Assembly (NCBI GenBank): GCA_038065235.1
Contig: JBBTRK010000007.1
Location: 1-57,314, forward strand
Direction: 5' to 3'
From: Patescibacteria group bacterium
GTDB taxonomy: Bacteria > Patescibacteriota > Patescibacteriia > PEXW01
Length of the DNA stretch: 57,314 bases
Numbering within the stretch: position 1 is the first letter of the stretch; the number at the start of each line of letters is the position of its first letter. The notes beneath the pieces are model-generated. The model was not told the DNA's origin and ran no database searches. It worked only from the letters and a program-made list of their open reading frames with translations. A program made the translations under genes and the position numbers. This document shows, one piece after another, positions 1-8,707 of this stretch.

Positions 1-46
1 TGAAAGGACCGCCTGCAAGGCGGGGGTTTTGCTCCCAAAGAGGGAC

Positions 47-82
47 AATAAAAAAACAGAGCACAATTATGGTAGTGCTCTG
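47..82 (-). terminator. Rho-independent terminator of the 106..462 gene
   Basis: On the minus strand an 8-bp stem CAGAGCAC/GTGCTCTG (57..82) is followed by a T-run (A-run 47..56 on +). It lies 24 nt after the stop at 106. Confidence 0.7.
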
Positions 83-105
83 CAATGTTTTCTATCCTCC
101 CAATT

Positions 106-462
106 TTATTGGTGAGCAAGGTTAACGCCCATGCGCGCTGCCTTGCTTCCCAAAATTATCGTGAAGTCACCGTGTTTGTGGAGAAGATTCCCGAGATAAT
201 CTTCAAACTTGCCATGCACCGGTCGTTGGTCATCATCGACGAAGACCAGGTTACAGCACTGGCAGGCATGCAGTTTTTTCTCTCGGTCATCGTTATCAAC
301 AAGAACCGAGCCAATGAATACTTTACTCAGTCTGCAGCAATCGTTGCCGACGCATTCACGGATGTCTTTATGAACGCCGTCAGGGGCGGGTTCAGCTGTC
401 GCGCGTAGCGGACGTATCTGATCACAGACATCCCAGAAATTTTCTTTTGTTACAAGAATCAT
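106..462 (-). CDS. Small Cys-rich hypothetical protein (118 aa)
   Basis: ORF track 106..495. The internal ATG at 462 has GGAGGA 6 nt upstream (minus strand TGGAGGATTCCAATG) and a terminator follows the gene. Cys clusters present (CVGNDCC, HACQCC). No family recognised. Confidence 0.6.
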   Translation of the reverse strand: MILVTKENFWDVCDQIRPLRATAEPAPDGVHKDIRECVGNDCCRLSKVFIGSVLVDNDDREKKLHACQCCNLVFVDDDQRPVHGKFEDYLGNLLHKHGDFTIILGSKAARMGVNLAHQ

Positions 463-580
463 TGGAATCCTCCATGGAAATGATTTTTCGTACATTTTCT
501 GTTTTCTGTGTGGAGGATTTTGCTAAGGGCTGAAAGTCATAAGTCCCTTTCAATGGTTTGGGGTGTGAGGTTAGCGGTTT

Positions 581-619
581 ACCCAGCACCACTTTGGTAC
601 TGCCATAGTGGTGCTGGGT
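581..619. repeat. Hairpin repeat ACCCAGCACCACT / AGTGGTGCTGGGT (copy 1)
   Basis: 13-bp perfect stem with a 13-nt loop. The same arms recur at 46538..46578. Confidence 0.7.
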
Positions 620-761
620 TTACATCAATCACAAAGTTCTTTGCCCACGTACGGGAGAAGGTGACCGGTTGGTCAAACGCAAATTGGAAAAGAACGTCGA
701 AATGAGCGAATAGTCCATTCTAGGCTCCGTTGTCGGATCAGTCAAGACACGGTTTTTTCAT

Positions 762-852
762 TGTCATTCTGACCCCGAGTATGCCGAGGGGGAAGAATCT
801 TGCTGTATTTTGTCCTGGCAAGATCCTTCGGCCTGATGGCCTCAGGATGACA
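762..852. repeat. Imperfect 91-bp palindromic element with TGTCAT(T/C)CTGA termini
   Basis: TGTCATTCTGACC... at the left and ...GGCCTCAGGATGACA at the right, with a nested GAAGAATCTTGC / GGCAAGATCCTTC stem. Termini resemble the HP-A family. Sits just downstream of the recG stop. Confidence 0.6.
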
Positions 853-872
853 ATAGAAATAAAAGCATAGTT

Positions 873-2954
873 TTATTCCGGGTGCAGCTGGGCGCGCTTC
901 TGGGCGACCTCTTCAGCGAGGAGTGGGGCAGTGTGGAGCTGTGGGTCGGTCTGCAGGAGGGCTTCGGCAGCGCTCCGGGTCTCTTCCACGAGCTTCTGGT
1001 CAGATAGGCGGGCAACCTTGAAGGGCTGGAAACCGCTCTGGACTTGGCCCCAGAGCTCGCCCGGGCCACGCCGGTTGAGGTCTTCCTCGGCCAGGGCAAA
1101 GCCATCGGTGAGCGTGGTGAGGACATTGAGCCGGTCCAGCGTTTCTTGGTCTGTCGCCTTCGTGGTGAGGTAGCACACGCTGGCTTTGCTACTACGGCCT
1201 ATGCGGCCACGGAATTGGTGCAGCTGGGCCAGGCCGAAGCTCTCCGCACCTTCAATGAGCATGACCGTGGCGTTCGGCACGTCGATGCCAACCTCGACGA
1301 CGGCCGTTGCCACGAGCACGTCGATCGTCCCAGCCGTGAAGTCACTCATGGCTTGCTCTTTCTGCGCGCTCGAGAGCTTGCCGTGCACCAAGCCCACGCA
1401 GATACTTGCCAGCGGTCCGTTCTTGAGTCGTTCGTACTCTTCGGTGGCCGACTTCTTGCCCGTGGGGTCGGTTTCAATGCGCGGGCAGATGACAAAGGCT
1501 TGTTCACCCGCTTGCACGCGTTCTAAAATTATATGGTAGGCAGTGTCGCGGTTCCGGTCATCGAGTACGCGGGTGGTAATGGGTTTCCGTTCCGTGGGGA
1601 GGTGGGGAATGCGGGAGACGGACAAATCACCCCACACGGTGAGCGCGAGTGTGCGCGGGATCGGCGTGGCCGTCAGCGAGAGGAAGTGCGGGATGCTCTG
1701 CGTACCGGCCGAGCGGAGCACCTTGCGCTGCTCTACGCCGAAGCGGTGCTGCTCGTCCACCACCACGAGCGCGAGTTTGGAGAATTCGACCTTGCCGGTG
1801 ATGAGCGTGTGCGTGCCAATAACCAGGTCAACCTCGCCAGCCTTTAAGGTGTGCAGCATTGCAGGTTTGGTGATTGCTTTGTCTGATGTCGAAAACCGAC
1901 GACTGGCTTGGGTGAAGAGCCCGACGCGCGTGCCGAATGGTTTGAGTAGCTTGGTAATCTTCTCGAAGTGTTGCCGCGCCAAGACCTCGGTCGGTGCCAG
2001 GTACGCCGTTTGGCATCCCGCGGCCGCCACGTTGAGAATGGCAATAGCCGCCACGACAGTCTTGCCCGAGCCGACATCACCTTCCACAAGGCGGTTCATG
2101 GGGTGGGGCTTATCCATATCCTGCAAAATGTCCCAGGCCGAACGCTTCTGGCCAGGCGTGAGCGTGAAGGGCAAACGTTGGACAAAGGAAATGGTCTTCT
2201 CTTGGTTGAAAGGTATATGGACGCTGGGTGACTGCTCTAAGGCCGCGCGCTCTTGCTGCACTGCCAGGTGAACCACCAGGAGCTCTTCAAAGCCCAATCG
2301 GTGTCGGCCCAGGCTCACGTCGCCAAAGCTCTTGGGTTCGTGCACAAAGGCTATGGCTTGGCCGAGCGAGAGGAGCTTAGCGTGGCTTACTGTCGAAGCT
2401 GGCAGGCGATCAGGGAGCTGGCTCGCCAGAGGGAGAGCCTGGTGCATGAACATCCGCAGCTGCTTCTGCGTCAGACCGTCGGTGAGCGGGTAGATGGGGA
2501 TGATGCCAGCTGCGTGCAGGGGATTCTCGCGTTTCTCCCAGGTGGGATTTACTAAGGTTGTGCCGAAGTGGTTACTTTCCACTTTGCCTGCGAGCCACAG
2601 CACGTCCCCGGGGTGCAGCACTTTCGCAAGGAATGGTTGGTTGAACCACACGACCTTTATGCTGCCCGTGTCATCGGCGACAATTGCTTCCAACACCAAC
2701 ATGCCCCGACGGCGCGCGGCGCGACGGGAGCTAATGATCTGCAGCTTGCCGCGAATTGAGACGGTGCTGTTCCCGCGGACGTCAATGATGCGTTCCACGC
2801 GGGTGAGGTCTTCGTAGCGGTAGGGCAGGTGCCACAGCAGGTCTTGGATGGTTTCCAAACCTAGTCGCTTTAGTCGGGTGGCTGCTGTCGATCCTACGCC
2901 ACCGAGTACCGAAACAGGTGTAGCCAAAGTGAGCATGGGGTAAGTGTACACCAT
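873..2954 (-). CDS. recG: ATP-dependent DNA helicase RecG
   Basis: ORF 873..2990. N-terminal wedge region (LGGVGSTAATRLKRLGLETIQDLLWHLPYRYEDLT). SF2 motifs GDVGSGKT, DEQHRFG, SLTATPIPRT and QLHQFRGRIGR. Start set at the ATG at 2954, preceded by GAGAGG; 2936 is an alternative. Confidence 0.95.
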   Translation of the reverse strand: MVYTYPMLTLATPVSVLGGVGSTAATRLKRLGLETIQDLLWHLPYRYEDLTRVERIIDVRGNSTVSIRGKLQIISSRRAARRRGMLVLEAIVADDTGSIKVVWFNQPFLAKVLHPGDVLWLAGKVESNHFGTTLVNPTWEKRENPLHAAGIIPIYPLTDGLTQKQLRMFMHQALPLASQLPDRLPASTVSHAKLLSLGQAIAFVHEPKSFGDVSLGRHRLGFEELLVVHLAVQQERAALEQSPSVHIPFNQEKTISFVQRLPFTLTPGQKRSAWDILQDMDKPHPMNRLVEGDVGSGKTVVAAIAILNVAAAGCQTAYLAPTEVLARQHFEKITKLLKPFGTRVGLFTQASRRFSTSDKAITKPAMLHTLKAGEVDLVIGTHTLITGKVEFSKLALVVVDEQHRFGVEQRKVLRSAGTQSIPHFLSLTATPIPRTLALTVWGDLSVSRIPHLPTERKPITTRVLDDRNRDTAYHIILERVQAGEQAFVICPRIETDPTGKKSATEEYERLKNGPLASICVGLVHGKLSSAQKEQAMSDFTAGTIDVLVATAVVEVGIDVPNATVMLIEGAESFGLAQLHQFRGRIGRSSKASVCYLTTKATDQETLDRLNVLTTLTDGFALAEEDLNRRGPGELWGQVQSGFQPFKVARLSDQKLVEETRSAAEALLQTDPQLHTAPLLAEEVAQKRAQLHPE

Positions 2955-3033
2955 GAACCTCTCACTTCGTTCGGGTTCATGGCAGGCCATTCAAAAAAAT
3001 AGCCTACACGGAATGCGACGGTACGAAACGAGC

Positions 3034-3122
3034 TGGCGGTGGGAGGAGGATTCGAACCTCCGAGGGGTATTAGCCCTTCTGGTTTTCAAGACCAGCGCGA
3101 TAGACCACTCCGCCATCCCACC
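3034..3122 (-). tRNA. tRNA-Ser(UGA), type II with long variable arm
   Basis: Reverse complement folds as GGTGGGA/TCCCACC acceptor, CTGGT-CTTGAAA-ACCAG anticodon arm (anticodon TGA), GGAGG-TTCGAAT-CCTCC T arm and encoded CCA. Confidence 0.9.
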
Positions 3123-3168
3123 ATGAAGTTGTTGTTTTTCCGGCGGAGCCGGACCCGGCTTCGCCGGG

Positions 3169-3249
3169 CAAGACTGTCCCTTTCAACCACTCAGGCACGC
3201 CTCCGCAAAATTAACGAACCGCCGCGATCGACCACTCCGCCACCCCACC
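3169..3249 (-). pseudogene. Stack of tRNA 5'-half fragments upstream of tRNA-Ser(UGA)
   Basis: Minus strand 3249..3219 reads GGTGGGGTGGCGGAGTGGTCGATCGCG, matching 25 of the first 27 nt of the intact tRNA. 3206..3169 reads GGAGGCGTGCCTGAGTGGTTGAAAGGGACAGTCTTG, a second type II 5' half that breaks in the anticodon loop. A third CAGTCTTG junction lies near 3264..3271. No T arm is present. Confidence 0.55.
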
Positions 3250-3359
3250 ACCACGCTGCGGGACAAGACTGCCGCCATCGTCCGGGGCGCTCCTGATGAG
3301 TCATCCCTCATCGATAGTATCGTATTTATTGGGGTACTTCAACCTTCTCAAATAAAGCA

Positions 3360-3388
3360 TTGACTCAGGTGCAATAATCATATATAAT
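3360..3388 (+). promoter_or_regulatory. Sigma70-type promoter of the Fic / AEP-helicase pair
   Basis: TTGACT (3360..3365), 17-nt spacer, TATAAT (3383..3388), in an AT-rich stretch 37 nt upstream of the Fic ATG. Confidence 0.6.
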
Positions 3389-3424
3389 CTCATATAGTTA
3401 TAGTATTATCTAATCAATCTACGT

Positions 3425-4477
3425 ATGGATCGACGAGATCAACGAATAGCAAATATCCCCCAACGGTTCTGGTCGCTCATCAACCAGATTGACCACCTGC
3501 AAGGCCAGTGGATTGGCGGAGCGCGGCTCAATCCGCAAGCTTTAGGGAGACTGAAGCGTTCGACGTTGGTAACATCGAGCGGTGCTTCCACGCGCATTGA
3601 AGGCGCAAAACTTTCGGATAGTGACGTGGAGAAACTCATGCGCGGGTTGGCCATAACGAAGTTCGCTGACCGTGATAAGGAAGAGGTGCGGGGGTACTAC
3701 GAACTCCTGGAAAATGTTTTTAATTCCTGGAAACATATTCCCTTCACCGAGAGCACCATCAAGCACTTCCATAAAGAACTATTGAAATACGTCGGCAAGG
3801 ACGTCCGGCATCGCGGTGAGTACAAGAAAGGTGAAAACCGGGTTGAGATGTTTGATGCGCAGGGGAAATCCCTTGGGATCATGTTCGAAACGACGCCAGC
3901 GTATTTGACGCCGAAGCAGATGCAGGAATTGGTGAAATGGACGCAGGTAGCGTTGAAAGACAAGGAGCATCATCCACTCGTTGCCATTGCCAGCTTCATC
4001 GTGGAGTTTCTAGCCATCCACCCATTCCAAGATGGGAACGGTCGGCTGGCACGCATCCTAACTAATCTACTTCTACTCAAGAGTGGGTACGCGTACGTGC
4101 CATACGTATCCCATGAGAAACTTGTCGAAGACAATAAGGCAGAGTACTATTTGGCACTTCGAAAGAGTCAATCGACCTTTACATCGCCAAGGGAAAATAT
4201 TAATAGCTGGCTGGAATTTTTCCTAAATGTTTCGCTCAAGCAAGCTCGGCAGGCGATTGAGCTGTTGTCTCGTGAGAATATCGAGAAGCTTCTTTCACCA
4301 AAGCAGTTACTGGTGTGGAAACATCTTGAACAGGTACCGGAGTCGACACCCGGCGAGATTGTGAAAGCAACTGGCGTGGCTCGGCCAACCGTATCACAAG
4401 CTGTAGACGTACTGTTGCGGCTCAAGCAGGTTGAGCGAATTGGGCAAGGGAGAACGACGAGATATCGGAAAGTATAA
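3425..4477 (+). CDS. Fic family protein (class II, N-terminal inhibitory helix, C-terminal wHTH)
   Basis: Complete Fic motif HPFQDGNGRLAR. STRIEG matches the [ST]xxxE[GN] inhibitory motif. C-terminal wHTH-like segment (GEIVKATGVARPTVSQAVDVLLRLKQVERIGQGRTTRY). Confidence 0.9.
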   Translation: MDRRDQRIANIPQRFWSLINQIDHLQGQWIGGARLNPQALGRLKRSTLVTSSGASTRIEGAKLSDSDVEKLMRGLAITKFADRDKEEVRGYYELLENVFNSWKHIPFTESTIKHFHKELLKYVGKDVRHRGEYKKGENRVEMFDAQGKSLGIMFETTPAYLTPKQMQELVKWTQVALKDKEHHPLVAIASFIVEFLAIHPFQDGNGRLARILTNLLLLKSGYAYVPYVSHEKLVEDNKAEYYLALRKSQSTFTSPRENINSWLEFFLNVSLKQARQAIELLSRENIEKLLSPKQLLVWKHLEQVPESTPGEIVKATGVARPTVSQAVDVLLRLKQVERIGQGRTTRYRKV

Positions 4478-4487
4478 GTACACCCGC

Positions 4488-6692
4488 ATGATAGTTAATA
4501 TCAGCGAGGAACAGCTTCATCTCTATCAGTCACTTTTCCGCGGACGAACGGACGTATATGCGAGGCGTTGGGAAAAGAATGAACGCTCGGGCTATTCCCC
4601 GGCGTATCAATTCGACTGGAATACCTTCCTAGCGCACAAGACTCGTGGCGGAACGATGGCGACTTTCGAACAGAAAACGGCATTACCGCTTACACCTGAC
4701 GTGATCAAGAAGCACCTACTCGGCCAATGTATCGTCGGTATCTACCCGTTGCTCGAAAATAACACTTCATATTTTATCGCTGCTGACTTCGATGGCGAAC
4801 GGGCTCTTGAGGGCGCGAAGAAGCTAATTGAGACATGCGCCGAATTTAAACTTCCGGGATACCTTGAACGATCCCGTTCTGGTCAGGGCACGCATGTTTG
4901 GTTATTCTTTGAAGACGCCTATCTCGCAGTTCGAAGTCGAAGCATCATGCTCGAGTGTATTCGCAGAGCTCTACAATTTTTCGACTTTGATAAAGAGGTG
5001 GCTTTTGATCGGCTTTTCCCAAACCAGGATATGCAAAGCGGAAAAGGATTTGGTAACCTTATCGCTCTTCCATTGCAGGGCGTCTCTCTAGAACAAGGGA
5101 ACACACTTTTCCTAGATCCAGTAACCACAATACCGTATCCGGATCAATGGGCATTCCTCGCCAAAGTAAAACGTATTCCTTCAGCAACATTGGATGCATC
5201 TCTCACACAACTAACGAATAATGTTGTTAGCAAAACCTCAACCGGCACAACCTCGCCACGTGGTAAAATCACGCTCCGCCTCGATTCTGGAATTCATATC
5301 ATGAAATCAACCCTCGACAAAGAAACTGTGAACTTTCTCCGCGAGGAGCTCAACTTCCCGAATCTTGATTATTGGTTAAAGAAGCGACTTGGGAAAAGCG
5401 TGTATCAAACAGAAAAGTTTTTTCGGTTGATTGAAGAAGAAGACGAAGACGTTATCCTGCCACGAGGCTTTCTTTCAGAATTGACTGATCATTTTCGGAC
5501 ACGTGGTATCCCATTCGTCATACAAGACCAGCGACCGTCGTTACCGGAGCTAGAGTTTTCATCGGTGATAAAATTACGACCCACACAATCAGAAGTCATT
5601 GATCGGGTCATGGAGGTCGAACAAGGTGTTATTGTTGCTCCGGCCGGAAGCGGGAAAACCATCATGGGTCTTGAGCTCATCGCGCGCCGCAAACAACCAG
5701 CGCTGATTCTAACGCACCGCAAGCAGATCATGGATCAATGGATTGAGCGTGCTCAGACGTTCCTCGGCATCGCGAAAGCACATGTCGGTCGAATTGATGG
5801 CTTAAAGAAAACTATTGGTGAGAAAGTAACAGTCGCCATGATGCAGAGCCTGGTTCGACAGGATGATTTGAAAGATTTTCAGGATCGTTTTGGCACTATC
5901 ATTGTAGATGAATGTCATCATATCCCAGCCAAAACATTTCGGGAAGTTATTTCACATTTGGATGCGCGTTTCTGCTACGGCCTCACTGCTACACCGAAGC
6001 GCAAGCACAATGACGAAAAACTCATCTACCTTTTTATTGGCGGCATCATTGCGGAACTGACCGAGGAGCCTACTACTCCAGACAACACCAATAGTCACAA
6101 TAATCTGAAACCAGAAAGAATCGTGCATATCCATATAACGGCTCTCGAAATCCCTTTTTCTTTCACGACTGACGACTACCAACTTTTGGCCCGTATCGTT
6201 TCATTTGATCAATCCCGCAATCAGCTTATATTGGATGATATTCGTCATTTGGTGGCAGCTGGAAAGAAAACGTTGGTGCTAAGTGAAAGGAAAGAGCATC
6301 TCGAAGTATTGAACATGTATCTCAAAGGATCCTCGGAGACAATAATTGTTACCGGCGATGATTCTGTTGCATCCCGAAAGAATAAATTTGTACAGATCGT
6401 TTCCGGTCATTATCGGGTTATCTTCGCAACAGGGCAGCTCCTTGGAGAGGGACTGGATCTTCCAGATATTCAAGCTATCGTCCTCGCGTTTCCTCTGGCT
6501 TTTGAAGGAAAACTTACACAATACATCGGACGTATCCGTGGCGCTCAGAAGATAGTATATGATTATCACGATGCGAAAACCCCATTCCTTGATCATCAAT
6601 TCAAAAAACGTAAGAAATTTTACGAAAGAAGTGGATTTACGTTAGCAGGTTCTTACACCAGCAGCGCCCGCGCCAGACGCAAATCCTCATAG
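4488..6692 (+). CDS. Archaeo-eukaryotic primase (Prim-Pol) domain fused to an SF2 (DEAH-type) helicase
   Basis: AEP motifs AADFDG, SRSGQGTHVW and FDRLFPNQD, plus an N-terminal LFRGRTDVYARRWE signature. Helicase motifs APAGSGKT, DECHH, TATP and QYIGRIRG. ATG at 4488 is 10 nt after the Fic stop; the track ORF starts at a TTG at 4431. Confidence 0.85.
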   Translation: MIVNISEEQLHLYQSLFRGRTDVYARRWEKNERSGYSPAYQFDWNTFLAHKTRGGTMATFEQKTALPLTPDVIKKHLLGQCIVGIYPLLENNTSYFIAADFDGERALEGAKKLIETCAEFKLPGYLERSRSGQGTHVWLFFEDAYLAVRSRSIMLECIRRALQFFDFDKEVAFDRLFPNQDMQSGKGFGNLIALPLQGVSLEQGNTLFLDPVTTIPYPDQWAFLAKVKRIPSATLDASLTQLTNNVVSKTSTGTTSPRGKITLRLDSGIHIMKSTLDKETVNFLREELNFPNLDYWLKKRLGKSVYQTEKFFRLIEEEDEDVILPRGFLSELTDHFRTRGIPFVIQDQRPSLPELEFSSVIKLRPTQSEVIDRVMEVEQGVIVAPAGSGKTIMGLELIARRKQPALILTHRKQIMDQWIERAQTFLGIAKAHVGRIDGLKKTIGEKVTVAMMQSLVRQDDLKDFQDRFGTIIVDECHHIPAKTFREVISHLDARFCYGLTATPKRKHNDEKLIYLFIGGIIAELTEEPTTPDNTNSHNNLKPERIVHIHITALEIPFSFTTDDYQLLARIVSFDQSRNQLILDDIRHLVAAGKKTLVLSERKEHLEVLNMYLKGSSETIIVTGDDSVASRKNKFVQIVSGHYRVIFATGQLLGEGLDLPDIQAIVLAFPLAFEGKLTQYIGRIRGAQKIVYDYHDAKTPFLDHQFKKRKKFYERSGFTLAGSYTSSARARRKSS

Positions 6693-8365
6693 GAGTAGGC
6701 ACCGCCCAGTTCGTGAAAGACCGGCGACAGATGCTCATGGCCGAGTTTTTTAAACGTCGCATGTATTTTTGGCAGTGCGTTTTTCAAAGCTGGTGAAACG
6801 TGCGGGTCCAGCTCGGCACGGGTGAGACGCCCGTCAGCGTAGAGCCGAAGGATATGAGAAGTAATGGTGCCCTCGGTTAGCGAGCGGATTTTCGCAATGT
6901 CCGGGATGGATTTGCCGCTTTTCACAAGCTCGAGCGTTATTTGGTAGGTTGAACCGCGGGGTGGTTTTTCATGCTCGCTCATAGCAACACCGCCTTCTGG
7001 TTTTCCGCCACAGGCAATAATAAACTTATGGACACACTCGGTCTGCTCCGCCTTAGACATTGCCGCATGTGTAGTTTGTGCCTTTGCTGAGCGTTGTTTA
7101 AAATCCTGGTCCTGCGCAATAACCTCGGGATGGACTTGAAGCGAGCGCTCATTCCAGCCCAATAGGTGCAGCCCGGCGAGTGACCGAACCCGCGAGAGCG
7201 CAACGTAGCCCTGGCCATACTCGAACGCTTGCGAGAGATCCATCACCGCAGCGTCCAGCGTCATACCCTGGCTCTTGTGGATGGTTATTGCCCAGGCGAG
7301 TCGGATGGGAATTTGAGAAATCCGGGCGAGCACGCGAAGCCCGTCGGTAATTGTCCATTCCATCGGTTCCGTGTATACACGCCGACCGCGAAGCGTCTTC
7401 ACAATTGGCATACCCTCATCGGTAAAATTCTGTACTTCGCCCACTGTGCCATTTACAAAACTCCCATCGGGGTTATTCTTGGTGAACATGATGCGAGCAC
7501 CGACTTTCAGCGAGAGTGTTTCCGGCGAAAGGCAGCCGCGCTTTAATGTGGCTACCAATTTTTCTGATCCACGCGCAATCATACTGTATTGTTTCGCTTT
7601 GCCCGGAATTGACGCCAGTCGTTCTTCATTTATCCGGTCCACATCTGCATTGTGGCTGTATAGCCGAGGCAGATCACGCGGGGCACGTTCAGCATCAACG
7701 CGACGCGCCGTAAGCGACCCGTGGGTGTGGTCATCGGCTGTACCGGCGCGGACGAGTGCGAGTAGTTTTAGGAATTCGGCATCCTCCTGGCGGTGCTGTT
7801 CGGTGAGGTAGCAGACAACTAAATTGGCTGACTCCCATGCTCGTGAACGGAAGGCAAACGGCGCTAATATCTTAGCCGTTGTGTCTTCCTCTAAGTCGAG
7901 TTGCGCACCACCACTTTCCTCGCGTGTAACCACGGGCGGTAATTGAAAGAAGTCACCAACGAGGACAACCTGCAGTCCGCCAAAGGGTGTATCCTGCCGC
8001 CGCAATTTTCGACAAACGGTTTCCGCCATAGAGAGCGTCTGCGCCGAAAGCATAGACACTTCATCAATGATGAGTACACTCGTGTTCCGAACACGCCGTA
8101 CGACGCGTTCGTTATCGGCTAGCGCACTGAGGTCGTGCGATGAAATGGATTTCTTTATGCCGATCCCGCACCACGAATGGATCGTCATCCCGCCGATGTG
8201 GGTAGCCGCAATGCCGGTGGAGGCAGTAATCGCAGGTGTCACGCCGTGCTCGCGCAACCAGCGCACGTAACTGTTAACCGTGTAGGTTTTTCCGCTTCCA
8301 GGCTCACCGGTGAGGAAAACATTGGCGCCAGTTTGGAGAATATCCAGTGCAATCTGTTGTTTCAT
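6653..8365 (-). CDS. PIF1/RecD-like SF1 DNA helicase with C-terminal HTH domain
   Basis: Walker A GEPGSGKT, IIDEVSM, VLVGDFFQLPPV and TIHKSQGMT. C-terminal HTH-like region (IPDIAKIRSLTEGTITSHILRL). Its 3' end overlaps the convergent gene by 40 nt. Confidence 0.9.
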   Translation of the reverse strand: MKQQIALDILQTGANVFLTGEPGSGKTYTVNSYVRWLREHGVTPAITASTGIAATHIGGMTIHSWCGIGIKKSISSHDLSALADNERVVRRVRNTSVLIIDEVSMLSAQTLSMAETVCRKLRRQDTPFGGLQVVLVGDFFQLPPVVTREESGGAQLDLEEDTTAKILAPFAFRSRAWESANLVVCYLTEQHRQEDAEFLKLLALVRAGTADDHTHGSLTARRVDAERAPRDLPRLYSHNADVDRINEERLASIPGKAKQYSMIARGSEKLVATLKRGCLSPETLSLKVGARIMFTKNNPDGSFVNGTVGEVQNFTDEGMPIVKTLRGRRVYTEPMEWTITDGLRVLARISQIPIRLAWAITIHKSQGMTLDAAVMDLSQAFEYGQGYVALSRVRSLAGLHLLGWNERSLQVHPEVIAQDQDFKQRSAKAQTTHAAMSKAEQTECVHKFIIACGGKPEGGVAMSEHEKPPRGSTYQITLELVKSGKSIPDIAKIRSLTEGTITSHILRLYADGRLTRAELDPHVSPALKNALPKIHATFKKLGHEHLSPVFHELGGAYSYEDLRLARALLV

Positions 8366-8522
8366 GGTGACATACTATCACGTATGAAAAAACTTGCTAT
8401 GTTTCGGCTGCACACAGTAAATTTTCCACGTGAAACAGACCCAACGATGACTTAGGGCATGTGGGCCTGCCCGCCATGCCGAGCAAGGCGAGGCAGGCGG
8501 GTCACCCGATACTAAAACCTCT

Positions 8523-8602
8523 TGGCGGAGAGGGAGAGATTCGAACTCTCGATAGGGTTTTAACACCCTATAACAGGTTAGCAACCTGCCGCCTTTCACG
8601 GC
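8523..8602 (-). pseudogene. Truncated duplicate of tRNA-Ser(GCU), 3' ~80 nt without a 5' acceptor strand
   Basis: Shares a 46-nt identical core (anticodon and variable arms) with the intact gene at 8708..8801. It has a different T stem (GAGAG/CTCTC) and acceptor 3' strand (CCTCTCC). No complementary GGAGAGG lies upstream; the D loop is shortened and replaced by a CCGGCGAAGCCGG hairpin. Confidence 0.6.
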
Positions 8603-8627
8603 TTCGCCGGATCCCGCTCCGCGGGAC

Positions 8628-8688
8628 AGCCACCCACCGCCCTTTTGGGCGGGGCCCCGCCGTGTGCGTTCCACGGCGGTGGTCGGCC
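8628..8688. repeat. GC-rich structured repeat (copy 1)
   Basis: AGCCACCCACCGCC...GGCGGGGCCCCGC...GGTGGTCGGCC. The same three blocks occur in the same order at 9058..9105. Confidence 0.65.
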
Positions 8689-8707
8689 TGCTTTATCTAG
8701 CGGCCTG

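Noticed and set aside
508-705. 65-aa ORF on the + strand in the 496..872 intergenic region
   Set aside because: It has no SD and spans the 581..619 hairpin repeat, and the sequence is not protein-like. It is treated as non-coding.
931-2817. Numerous + strand ORFs (80-242 aa) inside the recG region
   Set aside because: These are shadow ORFs antisense to a GC-rich gene. The minus-strand frame carries full-length RecG motifs, whereas the + frames are Arg/Ser/Pro-rich with no recognisable motifs.
2944-3296. ORFs 2944..3126 and 3039..3296 (+)
   Set aside because: They run across tRNA-Ser(UGA) and the tRNA fragment stack. The sequence is better explained as RNA gene and debris.
6653-6692. 40-nt tail-to-tail overlap of the AEP-helicase and PIF1 genes
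   Set aside because: The overlap is real in the sequence, but it involves only low-complexity C-terminal residues of the + gene (SSARARRKSS). It is probably read-on after insertion and is not evidently functional.
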